This document shows positions 27,454 to 38,297 of a stretch of 64,000 bases of DNA, piece by piece (position 1 is the stretch's first letter; every line of letters starts with the position of its first letter). The position numbers and the translations under genes are program-made. This stretch comes from Fidelibacterota bacterium (GTDB lineage: Bacteria; Fidelibacterota; Marinisomatia; Marinisomatales; Marinisomataceae): positions 384,001-448,000 of the forward strand of contig OZ243041.1 of NCBI GenBank assembly GCA_965212055.1, read 5' to 3'. A model generated the notes under the pieces. It did no database searches, was not told the origin of the DNA, and saw only the letters and a list, made by a program, of their open reading frames with translations.

Positions 27454-28821
27454 ATGGCTGAAAATAAGACAGAAAAGAATATTAATTTACAACCTCAATC
27501 TCTTGAGGCAGAAGAAGCTGTTCTTGGAGCAATGATGATTGATGATGCTGCTGCCAATAAGGCAATAGGATTATTAAAATCTAGCAGTTATTTCTATAAA
27601 GAAGCTCACAGAAAAATATTTGAAGCAATGCTTGTTTTATCTGAGGAAAGCAATCCAATTGATACTGTATCAGTTTCAAATGAATTAAAAAAGAAAAAGT
27701 CTTTAAAATCAGTAGGTGGTCTCTATTATCTAACTGGTCTTGTAGATAAAGTCCCTACTGCTGCAAATATTGAGACTTATGCTTCTATTGTAAAAGAAAA
27801 AGGTATCTTGAGAGATTTGATTTCTGCATCTCATTATATGTCAAAAAAAGCATTTGAGTCAGGAGAAGATGTTGCAAGCATTCTTGATGAAGCAGAGCAG
27901 TCTATTTTTAGTCTTACACAGCAGAAGGATAACAAACTTTTTCAACATATAAAACCTATTTTGACCGAAGCAATTCAAAATCTTGAGAAGATGCAGAGTA
28001 AGAAAGGATCTGTTGTAGGTGTCCCTTCTGGAATTATTGATCTAGATAATGTCACAGCTGGTTTTCGTAAAAGTGACTTAATTGTGATTGCCGGAAGACC
28101 ATCTATGGGTAAAACGGCTCTTGCGTTATCGGTTGCTAGAAATGCTGCTCTAGAGAGTAAGGTTCCAACGGCTATTTTTAGTCTTGAAATGTCAAGCGAT
28201 CAGTTAGCACAAAGATTACTTTCTTCTGAGGCAAGAATAGATGGCCAAAAAGCAAGAACGGGTCGATTACAGCCTGCAAGATGGAAAGATATCACTATTG
28301 CTTCAGGAAAACTTGCTGATGCCCCACTTTTCATAGATGATACTCCCGCTTTATCAATCTTAGATTTACGATCTAGAGCAAGAAGATTAAAGAGAGAAGA
28401 GAATATTGAGTTGCTTATAGTTGATTATCTTCAATTAATGCAGGGTCCTAGAAGATCAGAAAATAGACAGCAAGAAATTTCTAATATCACCCAATCATTA
28501 AAGGCTCTTGCTAAAGAGCTAGATATCCCTGTTATAGCTCTTTCTCAGCTTTCTAGAGCTGTAGAGTCAAGAACTGATAAAAGACCTGTGCTTTCCGATC
28601 TTCGTGAGAGTGGTGCAATCGAACAAGATGCAGATCTTGTAATATTTTTATATAGACCATTTGTTTATGATGATAAAAAAGTTGATCAAAAAGGGCTAGC
28701 CTATCTAATTGTTGCAAAACAAAGAAGTGGTCCTACCAGAACAGTAAAAGCTACTTTTATTGATACCTATGCCAGATTTGAGAACTATACGGATTGGTCT
28801 GAATCTGAAAACGTGAGTTAA
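27454..28821 (+). CDS. dnaB: Replicative DNA helicase
   Basis: AGRPSMGKT, FSLEM, VDYLQLM, ALSQLSR, LRESGAIEQDAD. Confidence 0.98.
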   Translation: MAENKTEKNINLQPQSLEAEEAVLGAMMIDDAAANKAIGLLKSSSYFYKEAHRKIFEAMLVLSEESNPIDTVSVSNELKKKKSLKSVGGLYYLTGLVDKVPTAANIETYASIVKEKGILRDLISASHYMSKKAFESGEDVASILDEAEQSIFSLTQQKDNKLFQHIKPILTEAIQNLEKMQSKKGSVVGVPSGIIDLDNVTAGFRKSDLIVIAGRPSMGKTALALSVARNAALESKVPTAIFSLEMSSDQLAQRLLSSEARIDGQKARTGRLQPARWKDITIASGKLADAPLFIDDTPALSILDLRSRARRLKREENIELLIVDYLQLMQGPRRSENRQQEISNITQSLKALAKELDIPVIALSQLSRAVESRTDKRPVLSDLRESGAIEQDADLVIFLYRPFVYDDKKVDQKGLAYLIVAKQRSGPTRTVKATFIDTYARFENYTDWSESENVS

Positions 28822-28823
28822 TT

Positions 28824-30971
28824 ATGTCTTCAAATAATGATTTAATTAATAAAAAAAGTGTTGCACTTCTTTCAAGATTAAAATCAAATAAATCAAAAAA
28901 ACTTATCAAAGATGCTCTAGAGTTCTCTGTTAAGATGCATCATGGACAGGAAAGAAAATCTGGGCTCCCATATGTAAGCCATTGTATCGATGTTGCAAAT
29001 ATATTATTAGATTGGAATATGGATGTTACAACCATTGCTAGTGCATTGTTGCATGATGTGGTTGAAGATACCGATGTAACGTTGGAGGATATCAAACTAC
29101 TTTTCGGAAATGATGTTGCATTTCTAGTTGATGGAGTTACAAAAATTGATAACATTGTTTTTAAATCAGAAAAACATAAACAAGCTGAAAATTTTACTAA
29201 ACTTTTCCTTTCTTTGGCAAAAGATTTGAGGGTAATTATTATCAAATTTGCTGATCGTCTAAATAATATGGAAACTATTGAGTATCTATCTCCAAAGAAA
29301 AGAAAAGAAGTTGCAACTGAAACTAGAGAGATTTTTGTTCCACTAGCTCACAGACTTGGAATGGCAAAGCTTAAGTGGGATTTAGAAGATTTATCCCTTA
29401 AATGTTTAGATCTTAAAGGATATAATAAGGTGGATAAGAAAATTTTAGAGTCTTCAAAAGTGAGTAAAAGCATTATCAATAATGCTATTAAGCCAATTAA
29501 AAAAGAATTAAAACAATATAAAATTAATGCTGATATCTTTGGAAGATATAAGTCTATATCTTCTATCTATAGAAAGATTAAATCACAGAATAAAGAATTT
29601 GAAGATATATATGATTTATATGCAATAAGAATTATTGTTGACAAAATTGAAGAATGTTATTTAACTCTAGGTGTTATTCATAGTATTTATCCTCCTATGC
29701 AAGATCGTTTTAAAGACTTTATTGCTACCCCTAAAACCAATGGATATCAGTCTATTCATACAACTGTTTTAACTAAGGATAATAAGCTTACTGAGATTCA
29801 AATTAGAACGAAAGAGATGGATAGTACCGCAGAAACTGGAATTGCTGCACATTACATTTATAAAGGCAGTAAAAAAATGAATGATTTAGATAATCAAGTA
29901 CCTTGGTTAAGAGATCTATCAGCAATTATGGATGGTGATAATACTGAGCCAGAAGAACTAATGGATTTATTAAAAATTGATATGTTTGAAGATGAAATAT
30001 TTATCTTTACACCAAAAGGAGATTTAAAAAAACTTCCTGTTGATTCTACTCCTTTAGATTTTGCATTCGCTATTCATAGTGATGTGGGTTTTTCTTGTGT
30101 AAGAGCTAAGGTTAATAAAAAACTTGTATCTTTAAGTTACAATCTAAGTAATGGAGATATTGTTGAAATTGAAACTAGCAAAAACCAGAAACCAAATAGT
30201 AGTTGGTTAAATTTTGTAAAAACATCAAGAGCTTCGCATGCAATTAACAAATATTTAAGAAGTATTGAGATTGAAGAGAGTATTAAAGTAGGAAATCAAT
30301 TGCTTGAAAAAGGGCTTAGAAAATCTAAGCTTTATAATAAACTTAGTGAGGTTAAGTCTAGATATAGTGAACTGAATTATAAAAATTTAAATGACTTTCT
30401 ATCTGATTTAGGTAGAGGAAGAATTATCTTAAAAGATATTATTAGTAAACTCTTTCCTGATGTTAAATCTTCAAAGAATAAGATACCTTCTCAGGTAGAT
30501 TTTATAGAATCGGCTAGATCTGAATCGGAAGGGATTAATTTGGATGGAGTGAAAAATCTTGTGGTAGATTATGCAAAGTGTTGTAATCCTGTTCCAGGAG
30601 ATTCGGTCATTGGATATATTTCTAGAGGGAGAGGTTTAATCGTGCATAGGTTATCTTGCTCTAATTTGTCGTCTTTGTCTGGCTCTAAGGAAAGGCTTGT
30701 TTCTGTCAATTGGGACATAAAAAAAGATATTTCATTTAAGACTAAGCTACATATAACGTGTCTTGATAAAACAGGAGTACTTCATAATATTACAGAGACG
30801 ATAGCTAGAGAAAAGATAAATATTTTAGATGTTGAAACAGATGTAAATATAGGTGGTGTATCTGATATATGGATTGTATGTACAGTTAAAGATTTAAATA
30901 GTCTTAATGGGTTAATTAATGCTATTTCGAAGATTAAAAATGTAGACACTGTTGAAAGAGTTTTTTCGTAA
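28824..30971 (+). CDS. rel: Bifunctional (p)ppGpp synthetase/hydrolase Rel
   Basis: LLHDVVED hydrolase, KFADRLNN, NGYQSIHT, EIQIRT synthetase, TGS, CCNP, ACT domain. Confidence 0.95.
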   Translation: MSSNNDLINKKSVALLSRLKSNKSKKLIKDALEFSVKMHHGQERKSGLPYVSHCIDVANILLDWNMDVTTIASALLHDVVEDTDVTLEDIKLLFGNDVAFLVDGVTKIDNIVFKSEKHKQAENFTKLFLSLAKDLRVIIIKFADRLNNMETIEYLSPKKRKEVATETREIFVPLAHRLGMAKLKWDLEDLSLKCLDLKGYNKVDKKILESSKVSKSIINNAIKPIKKELKQYKINADIFGRYKSISSIYRKIKSQNKEFEDIYDLYAIRIIVDKIEECYLTLGVIHSIYPPMQDRFKDFIATPKTNGYQSIHTTVLTKDNKLTEIQIRTKEMDSTAETGIAAHYIYKGSKKMNDLDNQVPWLRDLSAIMDGDNTEPEELMDLLKIDMFEDEIFIFTPKGDLKKLPVDSTPLDFAFAIHSDVGFSCVRAKVNKKLVSLSYNLSNGDIVEIETSKNQKPNSSWLNFVKTSRASHAINKYLRSIEIEESIKVGNQLLEKGLRKSKLYNKLSEVKSRYSELNYKNLNDFLSDLGRGRIILKDIISKLFPDVKSSKNKIPSQVDFIESARSESEGINLDGVKNLVVDYAKCCNPVPGDSVIGYISRGRGLIVHRLSCSNLSSLSGSKERLVSVNWDIKKDISFKTKLHITCLDKTGVLHNITETIAREKINILDVETDVNIGGVSDIWIVCTVKDLNSLNGLINAISKIKNVDTVERVFS

Positions 30972-30973
30972 CA

Positions 30974-31390
30974 ATGGAAAGAATTCTTGGTATAGATTTT
31001 GGACTTTCTAAAGTAGGCGTAGCTATTTCAGATCCTTCTTGTATTATTTCTTTACCTCTGAAAGTAATTCGTTATAATAATAGAAAAGAATTAATAAATA
31101 ATCTTACTAGTATTTCTAAAGAGAAGAATGTAAAAAAAATTGTTATTGGATATCCTATAGGAATGAACTATAAAAAAAATGAAATGACTAAGATTATAGA
31201 TCTCTTTAAAGAAGATATGGAGAAAGCTGGTTTTAAGGTTTTTCTTGAAGATGAAAGACTTTCTAGTGAATATGCAAAAAAGGTTATGATTGAACAAAAT
31301 ATAAAGACAGGAAGAAATAAAGAGTTAGTAGATTTAACTGCTGCATCAATAATTTTACAAACTTATCTAGATAGAAGTAAACATTCATGA
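30974..31390 (+). CDS. yqgF: YqgF/RuvX-family nuclease
   Basis: ILGIDFG, VGVAISD, DERLSS, AASIILQ. Confidence 0.93.
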   Translation: MERILGIDFGLSKVGVAISDPSCIISLPLKVIRYNNRKELINNLTSISKEKNVKKIVIGYPIGMNYKKNEMTKIIDLFKEDMEKAGFKVFLEDERLSSEYAKKVMIEQNIKTGRNKELVDLTAASIILQTYLDRSKHS

Positions 31391-32766
31391 AATCAAAAGG
31401 AATACTTTTTGCTTTTCTATCGGGAATTTTATTAGCACTATCATATCCACCTATTAGCTTAGGTTTCTTCGCCTGGTTTGCCTTAGTGCCATTATTTTAC
31501 TACCTGTTTCAGTCGAAAGATTTGAAGTATACTATCATTTTAGGATTTATATCTAGTATTACAAGCAATTTAATTATTCTAAACTGGATTGCGATTAACT
31601 CTGGGACTTCTGTTTCTACAGCAATTATTACTTATTTTTCAGCATCTCTTTATCTGACTATTTTTTGGATATTTTTTAGTATAGGAGTTCATTTTACACC
31701 TAAGAGAATTAAGTTATTTTTTGTTCCTTTATTGTGGGTTTTTATTGTTGAAATTTTAAGAAATTTTGGTTCTTTAGCTTTTCCATGGCTTGACCTATCA
31801 ATTACTCAATCGAATTATAATAGAATTATTCAATTAATTAGTATTGAATCACATACAATTTCATTTATTATAATTCTATTTAATATATTGATACATGAAT
31901 ATTTAGTTTCTAGGAAGAGTAAATTTATCCTTTATTTTTCAACCATCTTACTTGTTATAATGCTTATTGGAAATTTTCAGCTTAATTATTATAACAAAAT
32001 TCAACCAAAAACTTTCTTAAATATTTCGATAGGTCAACCAGTTATTTTTCCAGATGAAAAATGGGATATAGAATTAAGACAGAGAAATTTCCAAATTATG
32101 GAATCTCTGTTATTAAAATCATTAGAAGAAAAAGCAGAAATTATAGTATGGCCCGAAGTATCTGTTCCATCATATTTAGCAACAAACATTAATGATAGAT
32201 TATTCTTCCAAGAGAGACTAATGGAGAATGATTCTTTTCTTATTCTTGGAATCCCAGAGAGAAAATTTATTGATGGACAACATTTTAGCTATAACAGTGT
32301 TATGGTTATGTATCCAAATGGTGATTTTTCTACTTATCAAAAGTTATTTTTGGTTCCATTTGCTGAATATGTACCATTTTTTAAATCATGGTTGACAAAA
32401 ATTAATCAATTTGATGATATGGGAAGTTTTACACCTGGTAGTGAATATAAAGTATTTCCTATAAAAGATTATAAAATTGCAACCCTAATTTGTTACGACT
32501 CTAGCAATCCAAAGATTGTAAAGACTATGGTTCAAAATGGTGCAGATATTCTATTTATTGTTACAAATGATTCCTATGTTGGTGAATTTATGCCTTATCA
32601 GCACTTTGAGTTGGCAAAGTTGAGAGCTATTGAACAAAGAATTCCTGTAGTACAAAGCGCAAATAATGGAATATCAGGCATAATTTTGCCATCTGGAAAA
32701 GTGATTTACAAATCAGATTTAAATGAGAGAGTTGTACATACAGAGAAAATTCCAATTTATGAGTAG
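31387..32766 (+). CDS. lnt: Apolipoprotein N-acyltransferase
   Basis: Multiple TM helices; nitrilase triad WPE, K..LVPFAEY, ICYD; RAIE. Confidence 0.93.
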   Translation: MKSKGILFAFLSGILLALSYPPISLGFFAWFALVPLFYYLFQSKDLKYTIILGFISSITSNLIILNWIAINSGTSVSTAIITYFSASLYLTIFWIFFSIGVHFTPKRIKLFFVPLLWVFIVEILRNFGSLAFPWLDLSITQSNYNRIIQLISIESHTISFIIILFNILIHEYLVSRKSKFILYFSTILLVIMLIGNFQLNYYNKIQPKTFLNISIGQPVIFPDEKWDIELRQRNFQIMESLLLKSLEEKAEIIVWPEVSVPSYLATNINDRLFFQERLMENDSFLILGIPERKFIDGQHFSYNSVMVMYPNGDFSTYQKLFLVPFAEYVPFFKSWLTKINQFDDMGSFTPGSEYKVFPIKDYKIATLICYDSSNPKIVKTMVQNGADILFIVTNDSYVGEFMPYQHFELAKLRAIEQRIPVVQSANNGISGIILPSGKVIYKSDLNERVVHTEKIPIYE

Positions 32767-33493
32767 ATATAAAATTACTATTCAATATGATGGTTCTAAT
32801 TTTTTTGGTTTTCAATCTCAAAAAGATTCTAATACCATTCAGAATAAGATTGAAAAATCATTATCATTTCTTAACGATAATAAACCAATCAATATAGTTG
32901 GGGCAAGTCGAACTGATTCTGGAGTCCATGCGTTGGATCAAATAGCTCATTTTGATCTTAAAACTTCTTTAGATAATAATGATATTAAGAATGCCATGAA
33001 TGCTCGACTACCACATGAGATACGTATTGCTGAAGTTGAGAGTGTATCAGATAAATTTCATTCTAGATATAATGCCAAGAAAAAAGAATACATCTATCAG
33101 TGTACATTGGATAACAATCCATTGTTAAAATCTAATTATTGGTTTGTTAAAAATATTGATTTAGATATTCTTAATCATACTTCAGAAAAACTATGTGGTA
33201 ATCATAATTTTTTGTCTTTTTCGAAGTTTAATCCAGAAAAAGAAAATACAATGTGTGAAATTTTTGTATCAAAATGGATTTTAGAAAATAAAAAGTTATT
33301 ATATATTACTGAAGGAAATAGATTTTTACATCATATGGTTAGATATTTGGTGGGTACCATGATAGCTTGTAGTCAGAAAAAGATTAATAGTGATGATTTT
33401 ACAAATTTGTTAGAGAATCCTATTAAAGATGCAAAAATCTTTAAAGCACCAGCTAATGGATTAATATTGAATAAAATTTATTATGAAAATTAA
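32759..33493 (+). CDS. truA: tRNA pseudouridine(38-40) synthase
   Basis: YDGS, SRTDSGVHA, FLHHMVR, APANGL; start ATG 32759. Confidence 0.95.
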   Translation: MSRYKITIQYDGSNFFGFQSQKDSNTIQNKIEKSLSFLNDNKPINIVGASRTDSGVHALDQIAHFDLKTSLDNNDIKNAMNARLPHEIRIAEVESVSDKFHSRYNAKKKEYIYQCTLDNNPLLKSNYWFVKNIDLDILNHTSEKLCGNHNFLSFSKFNPEKENTMCEIFVSKWILENKKLLYITEGNRFLHHMVRYLVGTMIACSQKKINSDDFTNLLENPIKDAKIFKAPANGLILNKIYYEN

Positions 33494-34478
33494 AATATTA
33501 TTTATAATGGTTTTTCTAATTATTTGTTGTAATAGCGCAACGAATGAAAATGTTGATATCCAAAATGAAATTTATAAATCAAAGGATACAGCTGTTACTA
33601 GAGCAATAAGTAAAGCTAGCCCATCAGTTGTAAGTTTATATGTTGTTAAAGATGTAAGAAATTTTTGGGGTTATTCTACACGACCTAGCAGTGGCTCAGG
33701 CTTTATTATCAGTCAAGATGGATATATTCTAACCAATGCTCATAATGTTATAAATATACAAAAAAATTCTATTATTGTTGTATTACCTGGTGGAGCGCAA
33801 TATAATGCAGTATTGGTAGGTCTTGATCAACAGTCCGATGTTGCTTTATTAAAGATTGATGGAAACAATTTTTTATATTCTAAAATTGGTGATTCTGATA
33901 ATTTGTTAGTTGGAGAATTCGTAGTGGCTTTAGGTAATCCTCGTAAGCTATTTGCTGCAGCCAATAATCAACCAATAGCTTCTTTGGGGATTGTAAGTGC
34001 TGTCGATGCAGATTTTGGTCTCCAATCTAATGGTAAAGTTCTTGATAATATGATACAAACAGATGCTTCATTAAATCCAGGGAATAGTGGAGGACCTTTG
34101 GTTGATGCTAACGGATATGTAGTTGGGATTAATACATTTGTCCAGAATGATTCTGAAAATCTTGGTTTTTCTATTCCAATCAATTATGCAATGGAAATTG
34201 CAGAAGAAATTAAAGTTACAGGATTCATCAATAGAAGAGCTATGACAGGATTATATTTTTACTCAAATATGGTGATTTCAACTATAGATCGTAACGCAGC
34301 CGATAACCAAGAACTAAGAATTAACGATAAAGTTATAGCAGTGAATGATATACAGGTTCTAAGTCTGAACGATATTCACAATGTGCTCAAAAGAAATGAT
34401 GTTAGGCCAGGAGATACTATTAAGTTTAAAATTTTAAGGGATGGAGAAATAAAAATAGTTAACTTAGTAACCCGATAA
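33483..34478 (+). CDS. HtrA/DegP-type serine protease with a PDZ domain
   Basis: GSGFII, TNAH, DVALLK, QTDASLNPGNSGGPL. Confidence 0.92.
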   Translation: MKIKILFIMVFLIICCNSATNENVDIQNEIYKSKDTAVTRAISKASPSVVSLYVVKDVRNFWGYSTRPSSGSGFIISQDGYILTNAHNVINIQKNSIIVVLPGGAQYNAVLVGLDQQSDVALLKIDGNNFLYSKIGDSDNLLVGEFVVALGNPRKLFAAANNQPIASLGIVSAVDADFGLQSNGKVLDNMIQTDASLNPGNSGGPLVDANGYVVGINTFVQNDSENLGFSIPINYAMEIAEEIKVTGFINRRAMTGLYFYSNMVISTIDRNAADNQELRINDKVIAVNDIQVLSLNDIHNVLKRNDVRPGDTIKFKILRDGEIKIVNLVTR

Positions 34479-34765
34479 TGGCTAAAAGAGATTTCAAATT
34501 ATTAATGCTTGGGCTCCTATTTGGTGCAATGATTGGTACACTCTTAGGACAAGTTTTGACATTTTTATTACCTGATGGTAGCGCTGTTAAAGCATTCTTT
34601 TTAACTTCCTTTTTTGAATTTCCTTTTGCTTGGATGGATGGGAACGGAACTAAAGTATTAGATTTGGGTATGTTTGCAATAAATTTTGGTCTTGTTTTAA
34701 GGTTTAATGTTTGTAGTATTATTGGTTTTTCTATTGCATATTATTTGTTAAAATACTTTAGGTAA
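34478..34765 (+). CDS. Small membrane protein (DUF4321-like)
   Basis: Two hydrophobic segments; LDL..F..G...FN..SIIG pattern. Confidence 0.6.
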   Translation: MAKRDFKLLMLGLLFGAMIGTLLGQVLTFLLPDGSAVKAFFLTSFFEFPFAWMDGNGTKVLDLGMFAINFGLVLRFNVCSIIGFSIAYYLLKYFR

Positions 34766-34783
34766 ATATAAAGGAGAATTTTT

Positions 34784-34960
34784 ATGGGTAATATAGGTCC
34801 ATGGCAATTAGTATTAATATTTCTTCTTGCATTGCTTCTCTTCGGAGGTAAGAGATTACCTGGTTTAGCAAGAGGTTTTGCTAAAGCACTAAGGGAATTT
34901 CGTGGTGCAATAGATGAAACCAAGGAAGAAATAGAAAAGTCTGAAAATTCTGAAGAATAA
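34784..34960 (+). CDS. tatA: Twin-arginine translocase subunit TatA (58 aa, not in the ORF track)
   Basis: MGNIGPWQLVLIFLLALLLFGGKRLPGLARGFAKALREFR; AAGGAG SD. Confidence 0.95.
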   Translation: MGNIGPWQLVLIFLLALLLFGGKRLPGLARGFAKALREFRGAIDETKEEIEKSENSEE

Positions 34961-34966
34961 TTATAG

Positions 34967-36325
34967 ATGTCTTCATCTAACTCTTTAAAGAAGAAATTTT
35001 CTTCTGAAAAGAAGAAAATTGCTGCTAGCAATACTAATTCTGTAGTAAGAACAAGGTTTGACAAAGTTTTATCTCAAAAATTTTCTTCTGATGGTTCTCT
35101 CTATGGAAAAAGCATCCTAATAAAAGATAATATCGCAATTAAAGATGAAGAATTAACATGTGCATCAAATTTATTAAAATCTTATAAATCTCCTTATAAT
35201 GCAACAGTTATAGATCGTTTAAATGATGCTAGTGCTGCGATTACTGGACAAACCAATATGGATGAATTTGCAATGGGATCATCATCCGAGTATTCATTGT
35301 ATGGTTCTGTCAAGAATCCGTATGATTTAAAAAGGGTTGCAGGAGGTTCAAGCGGTGGATCAGCTGCAGCTGTATCAGAAGGCCTCTGTGATATTGCTTT
35401 AGGGTCTGATACAGGCGGTTCGGTAAGACAACCGGCCGCATTTTGTGGTATTTATGGTTTAAAACCAACATATGGTAGAGTTTCAAGATATGGTTTGGTT
35501 GCTCATGCATCATCATTTGATACAATAGGTATATTGTCAAAGAATATCAGTGATATGGTCGATGTTTTTAGCGTTATAGCCGGTTTTGATTCAAAAGATG
35601 CTACGTCATCAAAAGAAAAAGTTTTAAATAAGAAATATTACCATCAACATGGTCTTCCTAAAAATGTAGGTATATTAAAAAGAGAAGTTTTATCCGATAT
35701 AGATAATGAAATTGTTAAGAATTATGACATTATTCTAGATTTTCTCAGAAAAAATAAGGTAAATCTTGTTGAAATTGAATTACCATATTTTGAATACTGT
35801 ATTGCTACATATTATATATTAACAATGGCTGAAGCATCTTCAAATTTGTCTCGATTTGATGGTATAAGATATGGTTCTAGAGAAAAAGCTAGTAATTTGG
35901 ATACAACATATACTCAATCACGATCAAAAGGGTTTGGTCCTGAAGTCAAAAGAAGGATAATTACTGGAACCTACATTTTGTCATCTGGGTACTATGATGC
36001 ATATTATTCTAAGGCCTTAAAAGTAAGAAGGCTAATCAAAGAGGAATACAATAAATTATTTTCAAAACTTGATTGTATGTTTATTCCAACCACTGCTTCT
36101 CCATCTTTTCATCTAAAAGCTAACTTAGATGATCCAATGAAAATGTATCTTTCTGATATGTTTACTGTTCCAGTTAGTTTAATTGGTTCTCCAGCTTTAA
36201 ATATTCCTGGAGGAGAGACAAAGAAAAATTTGCCCATCGGATTTCAAATTGTTGGAGATTCTTTTAAAGAGGAAACTTTGTTTCGTTTTGCGCATTCATT
36301 AGAGAGAGCAAAGCTGTTTGAATAA
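34967..36325 (+). CDS. gatA: Glu/Asp-tRNA amidotransferase subunit A
   Basis: KDN, NMDEFAMGSS, GGSSGGS, GSDTGGSVRQPA, SSNLSRFDGIRYG, EVKRRI. Confidence 0.94.
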   Translation: MSSSNSLKKKFSSEKKKIAASNTNSVVRTRFDKVLSQKFSSDGSLYGKSILIKDNIAIKDEELTCASNLLKSYKSPYNATVIDRLNDASAAITGQTNMDEFAMGSSSEYSLYGSVKNPYDLKRVAGGSSGGSAAAVSEGLCDIALGSDTGGSVRQPAAFCGIYGLKPTYGRVSRYGLVAHASSFDTIGILSKNISDMVDVFSVIAGFDSKDATSSKEKVLNKKYYHQHGLPKNVGILKREVLSDIDNEIVKNYDIILDFLRKNKVNLVEIELPYFEYCIATYYILTMAEASSNLSRFDGIRYGSREKASNLDTTYTQSRSKGFGPEVKRRIITGTYILSSGYYDAYYSKALKVRRLIKEEYNKLFSKLDCMFIPTTASPSFHLKANLDDPMKMYLSDMFTVPVSLIGSPALNIPGGETKKNLPIGFQIVGDSFKEETLFRFAHSLERAKLFE

Positions 36326-36330
36326 TAGAG

Positions 36331-37299
36331 ATGGAATTTTTAAATCCGAACTTTTTATACTTACTAGTTCTACTAGTATTTCTAGTGCTATCTAGAATAG
36401 TATTTTTTTCTAAGAGAAATGCCTCACTACAAGTTTCCAATACAGAAAATCTAAAATTATTTTTTAATAAAGGAGCTTCCTTAAAAATTTTTGTATTAAA
36501 TAGTTTATTTTTTATTGCCCTATCACTCTTAATTATTGCTTTGGCGCGACCAAGAATATCTAGTGCTGACAAATTAGTTACAGTAGATGTGGTAGATATT
36601 ATTTTGGTTCTAGATACAAGTAGTAGTATGTTGGCAGAAGATTTCAAACCGAATCGACTAGAAGCTGTAAAACAAGCAGCTCAGGATTTTATTAAGAATA
36701 GAAATGGAGATAGAATCGGTCTTCTTGTATTTGGGAAAGAAACATTCATACAATGTCCATTAACTATTGATTATAGTGTCTTAAATAATTTGTTGACCGA
36801 AGTGACAGTTATTGAACGAAAGTATGATGGTACAGCAATCGGAATAGCTATTGCAAATGCAATTAATAGGTTACGTGCTAACGATTCTAAAAGTAAAGTA
36901 ATAATACTGTTATCAGATGGTAGCAATAATTCTGGTGCAATAGATCCAATATCAGCTGCTAAAATGGCAAACGAATATAATATTAGAATTTATACCATTG
37001 GTGCAGGGACAAGACAGGCTGTTACCTATATTCCTGATCGAGGGTATATTAGAAATGAAATCGATGAAGATACACTTAAGAAAATTGCTGTAGAAACGGG
37101 TGGAAAATATTTTAGAGCAATTGATAAAGAAAGTTTGTCAGATGTTTATCAAGAGATTAATGATCTTGAAAAATCTGAGATTACAGTGGACTACTTTGTT
37201 CAATATAGAGAAGTCTATTTGTATTTCCTGTGTATTGGGTTTGTAATATTATTGTTTTATGAGTTGCTAAGTATAATTTATTTTAGAAGAATAATATGA
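36331..37299 (+). CDS. batA: BatA-like VWA membrane protein
   Basis: ALARP, MIDAS DTSSSM, DGTAIG, LLSDG. Confidence 0.88.
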   Translation: MEFLNPNFLYLLVLLVFLVLSRIVFFSKRNASLQVSNTENLKLFFNKGASLKIFVLNSLFFIALSLLIIALARPRISSADKLVTVDVVDIILVLDTSSSMLAEDFKPNRLEAVKQAAQDFIKNRNGDRIGLLVFGKETFIQCPLTIDYSVLNNLLTEVTVIERKYDGTAIGIAIANAINRLRANDSKSKVIILLSDGSNNSGAIDPISAAKMANEYNIRIYTIGAGTRQAVTYIPDRGYIRNEIDEDTLKKIAVETGGKYFRAIDKESLSDVYQEINDLEKSEITVDYFVQYREVYLYFLCIGFVILLFYELLSIIYFRRII

Positions 37300-38297
37300 T
37301 TTTTGAGAACATAACTTTGTCATTGGTGTTATTATTGCTTGTTTTGATTTTATTGGTTTTTCGTTTCTATACTAATAAATCAAATTCAATTTTTGGTGAG
37401 AATAATTTCAATCCTGAATTTGCGAAAGATCTTTTTGCTTATGGTAATTTTCAATTTATTAGATTTAAAAAGATACTAATCTATCTATCATTGTTTGTAT
37501 TGGTATTGTCAATTGCTGGGCTAAAAACAGGCACTACAGTCAAACAGATTGAAAGAAAAGGTATTGATATTATGTTCTGTGTAGATGTGTCTAGAAGCAT
37601 GGATGCTGAAGATATCAAACCATCACGAATTAATAAAGTAAAGTTTGAGATCAATAAGGTTATTAATCAATTATCGGGAGACAGACTAGGAATTGTAGTT
37701 TTTTCTGGATCAAACTTTCTTTATCTACCATTAACCATGGATTACGATGCAGCAAAATTATTTGTTAAGAGCATTGATACCAACATGATTTCTTCAAAAG
37801 GAACTGCTATTGCTCAAGCATTAGAGACCTCTGTTTCTTCATTTTCTGAAGAAGATAAGCAAGAAAAAATGGTATTTCTTTTCTCTGATGGAGAGGACCA
37901 TAGCAATGATTCGCTTAGTATGATAGAATCTAATTTACCTGACGATGTGAGAATCCATGTAATTGGAGTTGGGAGCACTAAAGGTTCATTAATACCTGTA
38001 ATTACAGAAAAAGAAAATGTATTTCTAAAAGATAGTTCAGGTAATCTTGTAATGACAAAATTGAATGAAGACTTTTTAATGAAAGTGTCAGAAATCGGTA
38101 AAGGATCTTTTTTAAGGATTTCAAACAATGAATCTATAAGTGATCCTATAGTCAATATTATCAGTACTGGAGAAGAATCATTAATTAATTCATATGAATT
38201 TTCTGATTATGATTATAAGTATCAATATACTCTGTTTTTTGCCATTCTTTTTCTTTTTGTTAGTTATATTTTACCAACAGGAAACAGAAGAGTATGA
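37296..38297 (+). CDS. batB: BatB-like VWA membrane protein
   Basis: DVSRSMDAEDIKPSR, PLTMDY, SDGEDH. Confidence 0.87.
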   Translation: MIFENITLSLVLLLLVLILLVFRFYTNKSNSIFGENNFNPEFAKDLFAYGNFQFIRFKKILIYLSLFVLVLSIAGLKTGTTVKQIERKGIDIMFCVDVSRSMDAEDIKPSRINKVKFEINKVINQLSGDRLGIVVFSGSNFLYLPLTMDYDAAKLFVKSIDTNMISSKGTAIAQALETSVSSFSEEDKQEKMVFLFSDGEDHSNDSLSMIESNLPDDVRIHVIGVGSTKGSLIPVITEKENVFLKDSSGNLVMTKLNEDFLMKVSEIGKGSFLRISNNESISDPIVNIISTGEESLINSYEFSDYDYKYQYTLFFAILFLFVSYILPTGNRRV